Positions 8,946 to 16,371 of a DNA stretch of 20,000 nt are shown here, one piece after another. The stretch's first letter is position 1; each line of letters starts with the position of its first letter. Made by a program: the position numbers and the translations under genes. The notes beneath the pieces were generated by a model that did no database searches, was not told the origin of the DNA, and worked only from the letters and a program-made list of their open reading frames with translations. The DNA is from an uncultured virus (IMG/VR IMGVR_UViG_3300007609_001041) (lineage: Duplodnaviria; Heunggongvirae; Uroviricota; Caudoviricetes): the IMG/VR virus record IMGVR_UViG_3300007609_001041, positions 51,989 to 71,988 of that record; one strand, 5' to 3'.

Positions 8946-9373
8946 ACAGTTAATTCTTTTACTCTATACGGCTGGTCCAATACCCATTCAATTATACCTA
9001 CTACATATTCTAAATCCATTTTAGGAGTGTCAATGTCTGCTACTCGTTCGGTATCAAAAAAACCAAAATTTAAACATGTAGTATCGTAATAATTATCAAA
9101 AAGTTGGCTGTTTGCATCACGCAGAGCTTTCTTTTCTACGCCATATCTATATGTTTTTTTTCCTGGATGATAAATCCAGTCACTTGCTGAACTTCCTATA
9201 TTAATTACTTTTTTGTTTTTTTCTATTGCTTTGTAGAGTAATTTTACTTGAGAAAATTCGTCATGCTTACAGTTAATAAACACATCGCATTCGTCTAACG
9301 ATTCGCAATTGCCGTATTTTTCTTCAAGAACTTTTCCTAGACCTCGTCTTGTTCCTGTGATATAAAATTTCAT
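8921..9373 (-). CDS. Minimal short-chain dehydrogenase/reductase (SDR)-like protein
   Basis: TGTRRGLG (TGxxxGxG), DVFINC, INIGS, YGVEK (YxxxK), GFFDT. Only 150 aa. Confidence 0.75.
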   Translation of the reverse strand: MKFYITGTRRGLGKVLEEKYGNCESLDECDVFINCKHDEFSQVKLLYKAIEKNKKVINIGSSASDWIYHPGKKTYRYGVEKKALRDANSQLFDNYYDTTCLNFGFFDTERVADIDTPKMDLEYVVGIIEWVLDQPYRVKELTVCPKGKGT

Positions 9374-9440
9374 TAGTAAGTTCCTTGGCTATAACACTAT
9401 TATAAGTATATATACACTTATATTAGAAAGGACATATATT

Positions 9441-9794
9441 ATGGCATGGGGCTATCATTTATTAGTGGACTGTAAGCAAGGCGACATTCCTAGTATTACT
9501 AGCAAAGAAAATGTATCTACTTTTGTTAGGAAATTAGTAAAAGGAATTGACATGGTAGCATACGGTGATTTAATGATTGAACGCTTTGCTACACATGATC
9601 CTGATAAAGCCGGTATTAGTTTTTGTCAAATGATTGAAACGTCAAACATTACAGGACATTTCGTCGAACTTAATGGAAACTTTTATATTGATGTTTTTAG
9701 TTGTAAACCTTATGATACTCATACAGTGCTGGATTTAATACAAGAATATTTTAATCCAGCATCTGTTAGCACAACTTTTATTAATAGAGATTAA
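9441..9794 (+). CDS. speD: Pyruvoyl-dependent S-adenosylmethionine decarboxylase-family proenzyme (SpeD/SpeH class 1b)
   Basis: G.HLLVD N-terminus, self-cleavage region IETSNITGH (Ser68), IDVFSCK with the conserved Cys. AAAGGA Shine-Dalgarno. Confidence 0.85.
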   Translation: MAWGYHLLVDCKQGDIPSITSKENVSTFVRKLVKGIDMVAYGDLMIERFATHDPDKAGISFCQMIETSNITGHFVELNGNFYIDVFSCKPYDTHTVLDLIQEYFNPASVSTTFINRD

Positions 9795-10786
9795 GCAACT
9801 AAGTTGACCCAAGCGCCGTTTTCGTAGCCTTGGAATTTATTGTCAGTTGTATTATAGATAACCATGCCATTGGCAGCAGTTAATGCATCTCTTTCAGTAG
9901 TAGTTAAGCTACCAAACTGTACAAATCCTGTAAAAGAACCGTTTCCTCTAATGTCTAGTTCATTTTGAGGAAAGTATGTACCATAAGCAATACCTTCGTA
10001 TGTAATTGTAGTAGTAGTTTCTTGTACCCAGTTACCTGGATTTCCAGTAGCAAAGTCGTTTTGTATAAACAAACCATATCTACCACCGACAAGTTTTAAT
10101 CCTTGTCCTTTTAGACCAGTAGTTGTTCTACCAGAAAAAATAACTTCCCCATATGACTGATCTAAGTCGCCCATGTTGTCATACACAAGTTCTACTATAG
10201 CTCTATTACCATCCTCGCTGTAGAGTGTTTTACTTCCACTCATATTAGGAGCATGCAATGTACCGTTAATAGCATCTAATAAAAGACTAGAATCATCAGC
10301 AAACACACTACCTTCAATATCACCGACAACATTTCCAAAGTGAGATCCTGTCGTATTACCGATTACGCTACCAGTAACACTACCAGTTACATCACCTATT
10401 AAGTCGCCTACAATATTACCAGAACTTATAACTGACGTAGTATTAACAGGCCCAAGTATTTGTCCATTGATTGCATCTACTAACAATGTAGAATCGTCAG
10501 CGTAAATATTACCACGTAAGTCTAGTGCAGGATTGTCAGTAGGAGCCCAATTTGAACCATTATAAACAAGGATTTGATCTTTCTGCGGTGCTAATGCTTG
10601 CACATTGCCTAAATCTTCTAAATCTTGCGTAGATACTGAAACTGGAACACCGCCTACTGTTGCTCCATCGCCTACAAAAACTTCTTTAGAATCCGTAGTG
10701 TAAACGAGTTCACCTTCTGCAGGAGTAAATCCCGGACTGTCTTGTAATGCAGTCTTAGTTCCTCGTTTAATTCTTAACGTACCCAT
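9791..10786 (-). CDS. Phage virion fibre/decoration-like protein with Mtd-N-like N-terminal domain
   Basis: N-terminal LRIKRGT...PAEGELVYTTDSKEVFVGDG, internal G-x-x-x repeats and two ADDS..L.DAING repeats, C-terminal LTTTERDAL..ANGMVIYNTTDNKFQGYENGAW. These are modules typical of fibre proteins in large phages. AGGAG Shine-Dalgarno. Confidence 0.75.
   Translation of the reverse strand: MGTLRIKRGTKTALQDSPGFTPAEGELVYTTDSKEVFVGDGATVGGVPVSVSTQDLEDLGNVQALAPQKDQILVYNGSNWAPTDNPALDLRGNIYADDSTLLVDAINGQILGPVNTTSVISSGNIVGDLIGDVTGSVTGSVIGNTTGSHFGNVVGDIEGSVFADDSSLLLDAINGTLHAPNMSGSKTLYSEDGNRAIVELVYDNMGDLDQSYGEVIFSGRTTTGLKGQGLKLVGGRYGLFIQNDFATGNPGNWVQETTTTITYEGIAYGTYFPQNELDIRGNGSFTGFVQFGSLTTTERDALTAANGMVIYNTTDNKFQGYENGAWVNLVA
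10262..10513 (-). repeat. Intragenic protein repeats in the fibre gene
   Basis: GNIYADDSTLLVDAING (10463-10513) and GSVFADDSSLLLDAING (10262-10312) flank a run of tetrapeptide repeats GNIV-GDLI-GDVT-GSVT-GSVI-GNTT-GSHF-GNVV-GDIE. Confidence 0.85.
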
Positions 10787-10813
10787 TTAATGCTCCTAAA
10801 TCGTTGTTATATG

Positions 10814-10820
10814 TATTTAT
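10814..10820 (-). promoter_or_regulatory. T4-like late promoter core (ATAAATA) upstream of the fibre gene
   Basis: CATAAATA on the minus strand, about 28 nt upstream of the ATG at 10786. One mismatch to the T4 gp55 consensus TATAAATA. Confidence 0.5.
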
Positions 10821-10836
10821 GCCATAATCAGAAATA

Positions 10837-11151
10837 TCATCTTCTTTTTTTAGTAGGATTTTTTAAAAAGGCTCTAGTTTTTTTAATAACATCTTTTTTA
10901 ACTTTCTGCGTATTCAAACGAAAATCAACATGGAGAATTTCATCTCCATACTCATCAAATAACCCAGCTACAGTTTCGTCAAGATTTGCACCTGTTTCTT
11001 TTTTGGCATTACAATCTATTTCCCATACAGTACCTTCTTTAAATTCTATTCGAATCGTACTAAGATAGTTAATGGGAATAGTGTGTATATCAATGTCTTT
11101 AAAGACTTCGGGCCAATGTTTAATTACATCCTCAGGAAGTCTTTTATTCAC
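10837..11151 (-). CDS. Hypothetical phage protein
   Basis: 104 aa ORF overlapping the upstream stop, in operon orientation. Basic C-terminus. Confidence 0.75.
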   Translation of the reverse strand: MNKRLPEDVIKHWPEVFKDIDIHTIPINYLSTIRIEFKEGTVWEIDCNAKKETGANLDETVAGLFDEYGDEILHVDFRLNTQKVKKDVIKKTRAFLKNPTKKRR

Positions 11152-11788
11152 TTTTGACTTTCTTTTTTGTAGGGACTAATTCTTCTGCCTGCTTTCTTAA
11201 CGCTTGTGCTTCTTTAAACAATCTGTCAGCTTGTGATCTATAACTTGCAGCTAAGTCGTCGTCTGAAAGAACTCCGTCTGTCGGCGCTTGTAAGTTTGCA
11301 GCTTGCGATTCTGCCACTACAGGAGAGGGTTTGCTAGGCATCTCATTAACAGATCCCGCTTCTTGAATAGTAGTACCTTCGGGAAGTTCGTTAGGATCCT
11401 TAAGTGCTAAGTCGGCTATTGTTACACCACGCTGGTCTGCAATAATTTTATTAAGTTCATCAAGACCGATACTAGTTGTTGTGTTAGGAGTCATTTCGAT
11501 TTGACTCATTGGAATCTTTTGTAACTTTCCAGTTGCATGGAAACGTGCAAGCATATTAGCGCCATCACTTAATTGTGAGCGTGACATCACTTCTACAAAC
11601 TCAAATGCACTCTGTCCTGCATTGCTTTCAACAGTTCTAATTACGGTATCATGATCAGAATCTGATAAACTAGCTGTGTCAATTACAAGTGCGTTAGTTG
11701 GAGGATTTTCACCGGGGATAACTCGGTAAGCAACAATAACTTTACGTTGATTTGCTTTAAGTCTTCCTACATGTTTAATTTCGCTCAT
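11144..11788 (-). CDS. Hypothetical phage protein with C-terminal coiled-coil
   Basis: 214 aa ORF, AGGAG Shine-Dalgarno, TAATG coupling to the upstream gene. C-terminal helix LAASYRSQADRLFKEAQALRKQAEEL. Confidence 0.8.
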   Translation of the reverse strand: MSEIKHVGRLKANQRKVIVAYRVIPGENPPTNALVIDTASLSDSDHDTVIRTVESNAGQSAFEFVEVMSRSQLSDGANMLARFHATGKLQKIPMSQIEMTPNTTTSIGLDELNKIIADQRGVTIADLALKDPNELPEGTTIQEAGSVNEMPSKPSPVVAESQAANLQAPTDGVLSDDDLAASYRSQADRLFKEAQALRKQAEELVPTKKKVKSE

Positions 11789-12030
11789 TACTTGTCTCCT
11801 TGTGCCTCGTCGGCTTGGGCCTTAGCTTCTTCTTCCGCTTTTTGTACAGTCTGCAAGAAAGTATCAAGTTTGTTAAACGTTTTACCAACTGCTTCTAGCT
11901 CATTAGCTTTGAATGCACCCCGCTGAGATGCAACATCAATAATAGATCTTAATACACCAAGATCTTGTACAGTAAGCTCAACTGCTGTTTGAGTTGTTTC
12001 TGCTTCCTGAGTTGCTGTTTCTGTAGACAT
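11788..12030 (-). CDS. Hypothetical phage protein
   Basis: 80 aa ORF with AAGGAG Shine-Dalgarno. LTVQDL...IIDVASQRGAFKANEL helical core. Confidence 0.8.
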   Translation of the reverse strand: MSTETATQEAETTQTAVELTVQDLGVLRSIIDVASQRGAFKANELEAVGKTFNKLDTFLQTVQKAEEEAKAQADEAQGDK

Positions 12031-12066
12031 ATTAATACTCCTTCTAGTTATATATGTACTTAATAT

Positions 12067-12348
12067 TTATTTATATTTTAGGAAAGGACATGCAAGAACG
12101 AAATAGGAAAGCTCTTTTGGATCTTCAAATCCGACTCTTACAATGTTATCTATTTTATTTTCGCTAGTAACTCCTACGCTTTTACTAAGAAAATATCTTT
12201 TTTTAAGATTAGCTTCTATCCATTTTTCTAATGCTTTTTCTATATTATATGTGTAAGCTAAGTCAATAGTTTCAAGGTGGGGAGGCTGATGAGAAAGCCT
12301 CCTTATCTTAAATAAATTTTCTGGTGTAGTAGCAGACTTAATTGACAT
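12067..12348 (-). CDS. Hypothetical phage protein (93 aa)
   Basis: Start reassigned from 12498 to the ATG at 12348 (MSIKSATTPENLF...), which reduces the overlap with the VWA gene to 11 nt. Confidence 0.7.
   Translation of the reverse strand: MSIKSATTPENLFKIRRLSHQPPHLETIDLAYTYNIEKALEKWIEANLKKRYFLSKSVGVTSENKIDNIVRVGFEDPKELSYFVLACPFLKYK
12068..12075 (-). promoter_or_regulatory. T4-like late promoter TATAAATA
   Basis: Exact TATAAATA on the minus strand, overlapping the stop of the upstream gene, about 38 nt before the ATG at 12030. Confidence 0.55.
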
Positions 12349-13654
12349 GTTCGTCGTACAGTGCCGTTTGTCCAAATGGTGCCTGAATGTTCTTGTCGTG
12401 GTGAGAGTGAATAACAAATACTGTATCACAGTAGTCCTCGTCGCCCCAGCTGTTCCAAGCATAACCATCTGTAAACATAATAAACTTCTTAGGAACAATG
12501 TTATTTTCTTTCATGTAATCCCAGTTACACATAAAGTCAGTACCACCGCCACCTACAATTTCGTAGTCTAGCAAGTCATCTCCTCCGTCTGCACTAAAGT
12601 CTTGCTCATTATATACCTTAGTGTCAAAACACCACAATTTAATATTGTAGTCTTTATACTCTTCCATAATACCTTTGATTTCGCTAAGAAAGTCCTGAGC
12701 TTGATCATTACCAATTGACCCGCTCATATCAAGAGATACAGCAATATCAATTGTCTCTGAGAAATTCATACCAGGTAGTACTGCACCAGTATGCCAACCT
12801 TTACGTGACGGACGTTGAAACGTAAAGTCGTTTCGAATAGTGCTCTGGATTTGTTGACGTAACAGTTCACGCCAGTTCATCTTAGGCTCTGTAAGCTCTT
12901 TAATCATCCTAGCAACTTCGCCTGGAATATTTCCTGCTCCGGCACTTTGCGCTGCACTAAGCATGTTCTCTTTGATCTCGTCTTTGATCTGCTTCATTTC
13001 TTCTTCAGAGAACTTAGGCCTACGCTTGCTTACATCGTTGCCGTTACTGTCTTCGCCTTCTGCATCACCTTCACTGTCATTGTCGTCTTCGCCTTCACCG
13101 TCAAGGTGTTCATCTAGCATTTCGCCTAACTTTTCTAAGAACTCTTCGCCGTTTTTTTCAGCTTGCTCGAATAAGTCATCATACACTTCTTCCGAACTCC
13201 AGCCGTCGTATTTAAAGTCTTGGAAACAGTCTACAATCTTAGGAGTTTCGCCGATGCGATCACGTACTAGAGTATTGTTTACAATATAGTCAGCTGCAAT
13301 ATTATACAGCATGGGATTACGTTCTTCACGTCGCCCTAAGTGATCAAACACCATGTGTAGAATTTCGTGTGCAACAACAAACTCGATCTCCTTGTTTGAC
13401 ATTGCATTAAAGAATTGTGTGTTATAATATAAGTTACGTCCGTCTACAGCGGCTGTCGGAAGCCAGTCATCAGCCGCTAGTACACGCAATCGTGTTGCCA
13501 TATTACCAAAGAATGGATGACGTAGTAGCAAGCCGACTCGTGCAATAATAATACGATCGTATACTTCTACACGCATTTTTTCTAATTCTTCTTGCGTGAT
13601 ATCCGGGTCGGGTGTCCAGTTTTTAAGTTTACTTGCTGTATCTTTAGCCGCCAT
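12338..13654 (-). CDS. Metallopeptidase-like (HExxH) plus VWA domain protein (DUF2201-like)
   Basis: TAAVDG...AHEILH...NIAADY..N zincin-like N-domain, acidic linker, VWA MIDAS motif DMSGS...GGGTDF...FTDG. Confidence 0.88.
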   Translation of the reverse strand: MAAKDTASKLKNWTPDPDITQEELEKMRVEVYDRIIIARVGLLLRHPFFGNMATRLRVLAADDWLPTAAVDGRNLYYNTQFFNAMSNKEIEFVVAHEILHMVFDHLGRREERNPMLYNIAADYIVNNTLVRDRIGETPKIVDCFQDFKYDGWSSEEVYDDLFEQAEKNGEEFLEKLGEMLDEHLDGEGEDDNDSEGDAEGEDSNGNDVSKRRPKFSEEEMKQIKDEIKENMLSAAQSAGAGNIPGEVARMIKELTEPKMNWRELLRQQIQSTIRNDFTFQRPSRKGWHTGAVLPGMNFSETIDIAVSLDMSGSIGNDQAQDFLSEIKGIMEEYKDYNIKLWCFDTKVYNEQDFSADGGDDLLDYEIVGGGGTDFMCNWDYMKENNIVPKKFIMFTDGYAWNSWGDEDYCDTVFVIHSHHDKNIQAPFGQTALYDEHVN

Positions 13655-13686
13655 ATTGCACCTTATTTGTTAATTTCTATAGTATA

Positions 13687-13715
13687 ACTATAACAGTATT
13701 TACAGAGTAAGTCAA
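13687..13715 (-). promoter_or_regulatory. Sigma70-type promoter for the peptidase-VWA gene
   Basis: TTGACT-17 nt-TATAGT with an extended -10 TGn, on the minus strand. Confidence 0.7.
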
Positions 13716-13720
13716 GAGAT

Positions 13721-13741
13721 TAAGGGGCATTATGCCCCTTA
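13721..13741 (-). terminator. Stem-loop directly after the AAA+ ATPase stop (probable terminator or processing hairpin)
   Basis: TAAGGGGCA-TTA-TGCCCCTTA perfect 9-bp stem, 1 nt after the stop codon. The following U-tract is weak (ATCTCTT). Confidence 0.6.
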
Positions 13742-13742
13742 G

Positions 13743-14831
13743 TTATGCACTTTGTGCTGCTTGGATATACTTGCCAAACCGCTCGTGGAATTCATCAAAA
13801 CATTCAATGGAGTCCGGATCAATAGGCAATGAGTATTGCGTAAGAGCAAGTTTAATGCCCATCACTACAAGCTCTGTATCAAAATTGTCCATAGCAAAAC
13901 GCAAGAAGTTATTTACTTTGTTATCAAACTTCTTGTCATCTTTATCACAAGCATCTTTTAACTCGTAGCATAGCGATACTGTCAACGAGTACAATGCACT
14001 AATTTCTTTAGTCTTAATATCTTTGACTTTGCCGTTTAAAATATCTGTTGGATTAGGGAGTTTGCTAGCAACTTTTCGATGTGCCATGAACTTAACAGCA
14101 AGTCCTTCGCCAACAGCACCGCTAACAAGATCAGTTGTAGTACTTTCGTCATCGTCGTCCTCTAACAACTCTGATACAAAAGACCACGAACGAGGCGTTG
14201 CAAAGCTACGACTTGGACTCTTAGGATCAAAATCATACAAGTCTTTCTTACTAAACTGAAGAAAACCTACAACATCTTTGTGAATACTGTTTTTAACAGC
14301 CCATTCAAACCAATCATCGAAACTAACTTCCATTTCCAAGTGTACAAAGCGATTAGCCAACGGAGCAGGCATACGATATGTAACACCTTTGTCAGCTTCT
14401 CTGTTACCTGCGGCAACAATAAGCACATTGTCTGGTAACTCGTATGTACCAACTTTGCGATTAAGAATAAGCTGATATGCCGCCGCCTGTACAGCAGGAG
14501 CCGCTGAGTTCATTTCGTCTAAGAACAATACAATGTTGTCGTACTTAGCAGCCATTTCTGCACTAGGCAGTTCACTTGGCGCAGCCCAAACCATAGTACT
14601 TGAGTTGCTATCAAAGTAAGGAATACCTTTAATGTCTGTAGGCTCCCATAAACTCAAACGAATATCAATTAACAAACTGTTTTCAAGACTTTTTGTAATC
14701 TGATCAACAATTTCAGACTTACCAATACCCGGAGCACCCCAAAGAAACAGCGGACGCTTCTTTTTAAAAGCTCGGACAATACTCTTTTTTGCATTATTAG
14801 GACTTACAGTACGTAGTGCAATATTTTCCAT
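13743..14831 (-). CDS. MoxR-like AAA+ ATPase
   Basis: Walker A GAPGIGKS, Walker B LFLDEMN, AAGN sensor 1, PLANRF arginine finger, TPRSW. Adjacent to a VWA partner gene. Confidence 0.9.
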   Translation of the reverse strand: MENIALRTVSPNNAKKSIVRAFKKKRPLFLWGAPGIGKSEIVDQITKSLENSLLIDIRLSLWEPTDIKGIPYFDSNSSTMVWAAPSELPSAEMAAKYDNIVLFLDEMNSAAPAVQAAAYQLILNRKVGTYELPDNVLIVAAGNREADKGVTYRMPAPLANRFVHLEMEVSFDDWFEWAVKNSIHKDVVGFLQFSKKDLYDFDPKSPSRSFATPRSWSFVSELLEDDDDESTTTDLVSGAVGEGLAVKFMAHRKVASKLPNPTDILNGKVKDIKTKEISALYSLTVSLCYELKDACDKDDKKFDNKVNNFLRFAMDNFDTELVVMGIKLALTQYSLPIDPDSIECFDEFHERFGKYIQAAQSA

Positions 14832-14881
14832 TATGTATTCCTTGTAGTTTGCTAATGAAAGTTATTTCTAACTATGAATAC

Positions 14882-14909
14882 AGTATAGCACCACAGTATA
14901 AAAAGTCAA
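14882..14909 (-). promoter_or_regulatory. Sigma70-type promoter for the AAA+ ATPase gene
   Basis: TTGACT-16 nt-TATACT with an extended -10 TGn, on the minus strand. Confidence 0.65.
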
Positions 14910-14926
14910 CCTCTTTGTGCGAAAAT

Positions 14927-15322
14927 TTATTCTTCTTCATCTTCTTCATGTCTTGCAATAGCTTTGTTAAGTCCATACTTGCGTAAATCGCCACTAAACA
15001 AATGTAATTCCATTGCCTTTTTTTCATCTGTTACAAAGATACTGTGATTGGTCAAATAGTAAGGGCATGTAATAAATTTATCTAAAAAAATAATAGTCTG
15101 TGTAGTCATCTTAAAATCTTTAGGAAAAGGAACTTCGTAGGTTTGTAAGTCCAAATTATCTGTGATAAATTCAAATCCTTGATCAGTTAACCTAAGACCG
15201 CCTTCGGATTTTTCTCTAGTATTTTGCCACCATACTGGCAAGTATTGTTTTAGTGTAGAGTTACTAACAGCAATGTTTGATTGTTTAAGAAAGATCTTGG
15301 TATAGGTCTCTTTCCAGTTCAT
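14927..15322 (-). CDS. Hypothetical phage protein
   Basis: 131 aa ORF, ATGA overlap with the upstream gene. WWQN.R...GGLRLTDQG motif. Confidence 0.8.
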   Translation of the reverse strand: MNWKETYTKIFLKQSNIAVSNSTLKQYLPVWWQNTREKSEGGLRLTDQGFEFITDNLDLQTYEVPFPKDFKMTTQTIIFLDKFITCPYYLTNHSIFVTDEKKAMELHLFSGDLRKYGLNKAIARHEEDEEE

Positions 15323-15609
15323 TCTTCTCTCACAACTTCCCCGTCAGTTAATTTGTACACAGCAAATTCATCTGACTTAAATGTTTCGTTTAATTTTTTT
15401 GCTAAGTTGTGAGCATGTCCTGGATTACTAAAACTTACTTTTTTATATTTAGGTCCGGGATAGTTTGTAAGAGCGTTAGATGTTTTTAAATTAAAAGGCT
15501 TTCCTTGATAGAATACAGCCCATATTGCATCTGCTAGTAATACTTGCTCTGATTTGTATGTTGATTTGTCGATATTTTCTAAAATAATCGTTGGTTTTGG
15601 ACGACTCAT
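15319..15609 (-). CDS. Hypothetical phage protein
   Basis: 96 aa ORF with AAGGA Shine-Dalgarno. YPGPKYKKVSFSNPGHA motif. Preceded by GATAAATA (core at 15641-15647). Confidence 0.8.
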   Translation of the reverse strand: MSRPKPTIILENIDKSTYKSEQVLLADAIWAVFYQGKPFNLKTSNALTNYPGPKYKKVSFSNPGHAHNLAKKLNETFKSDEFAVYKLTDGEVVREE

Positions 15610-15671
15610 ATACGTAATTCCTTTAAGTTAACTACGTATATATTTATCTTTTTTAGCTAAAAACTGCTAAG

Positions 15672-15917
15672 TTATTTCCACCCAGAGCCGCCGTCCATGC
15701 TAATAGTGACCACTTCTTCACTATTGGATTTGTTATCAACAATTAATTTTTCTAGACGTCCTTGCTGATTTGCCATTACTGTAGACAGTGCATACACAAG
15801 TGCTTTTGCCTGTGATAAAGGAAGTTTAACTTCTTTTTGATTGCTAGAGTCGGCTGTTTTTACAATTTGTATAAATTGTTGAATTGGAATAGTATTAATC
15901 GGTTCGTTTGTTTGCAT
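15672..15917 (-). CDS. Hypothetical phage protein
   Basis: 81 aa ORF, AGGAG upstream, 23-nt overlap with the upstream gene. Confidence 0.72.
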   Translation of the reverse strand: MQTNEPINTIPIQQFIQIVKTADSSNQKEVKLPLSQAKALVYALSTVMANQQGRLEKLIVDNKSNSEEVVTISMDGGSGWK

Positions 15918-16371
15918 TGCTCAACTCCTGACGCATAGTAAAGTCTGTCTTGAAAGGGCCTTTATGGTCATATTTCTCAAGTGTTGCTAACTTGGGGCAA
16001 AAACTTCTTACCCAACCTTTATCAAATTTAATAATATAATATCCTGCACAGTATAAACTCTTAGATTTTTTGCTCTTTGTAAAAAGAGGCAACTTTTTTT
16101 GTACATTATACATAACATTATACGGTGTAGAAGAAGTAGCAAATCCGTGAATATTTTTTTCTCGATCGCTGTCGTCAGAAATACTAGTTTTATCCCAGTT
16201 AACATCTCCTATAAACGATCTAAAAGACTTTGTATCATTAAAATACTCAGTACCGGATGAACAATGATACATGTATCTTTTGTCTTCTTCTTTCGAGAGC
16301 GTACCGATTCGTTCTCCGTCTGATTCAATAATCCAAAATTTATTTTTTAAAATTGGCTTTGCATTAATCAT
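15895..16371 (-). CDS. Hypothetical phage protein
   Basis: 158 aa ORF, AAGGAG Shine-Dalgarno, TAATG coupling to rnh. Confidence 0.8.
   Translation of the reverse strand: MINAKPILKNKFWIIESDGERIGTLSKEEDKRYMYHCSSGTEYFNDTKSFRSFIGDVNWDKTSISDDSDREKNIHGFATSSTPYNVMYNVQKKLPLFTKSKKSKSLYCAGYYIIKFDKGWVRSFCPKLATLEKYDHKGPFKTDFTMRQELSNANKRTD

Noticed and set aside
2..9794. PhiW-14-type putrescinylthymine DNA modification pathway
   Set aside because: The required 5-hmdU kinase and amine transferase genes are not recognisable in this window, so this specific pathway cannot be claimed.
12349..12498. N-terminal extension of track ORF 12067..12498
   Set aside because: Overlaps the VWA domain coding region. 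The ATG at 12348 gives a normal short overlap.
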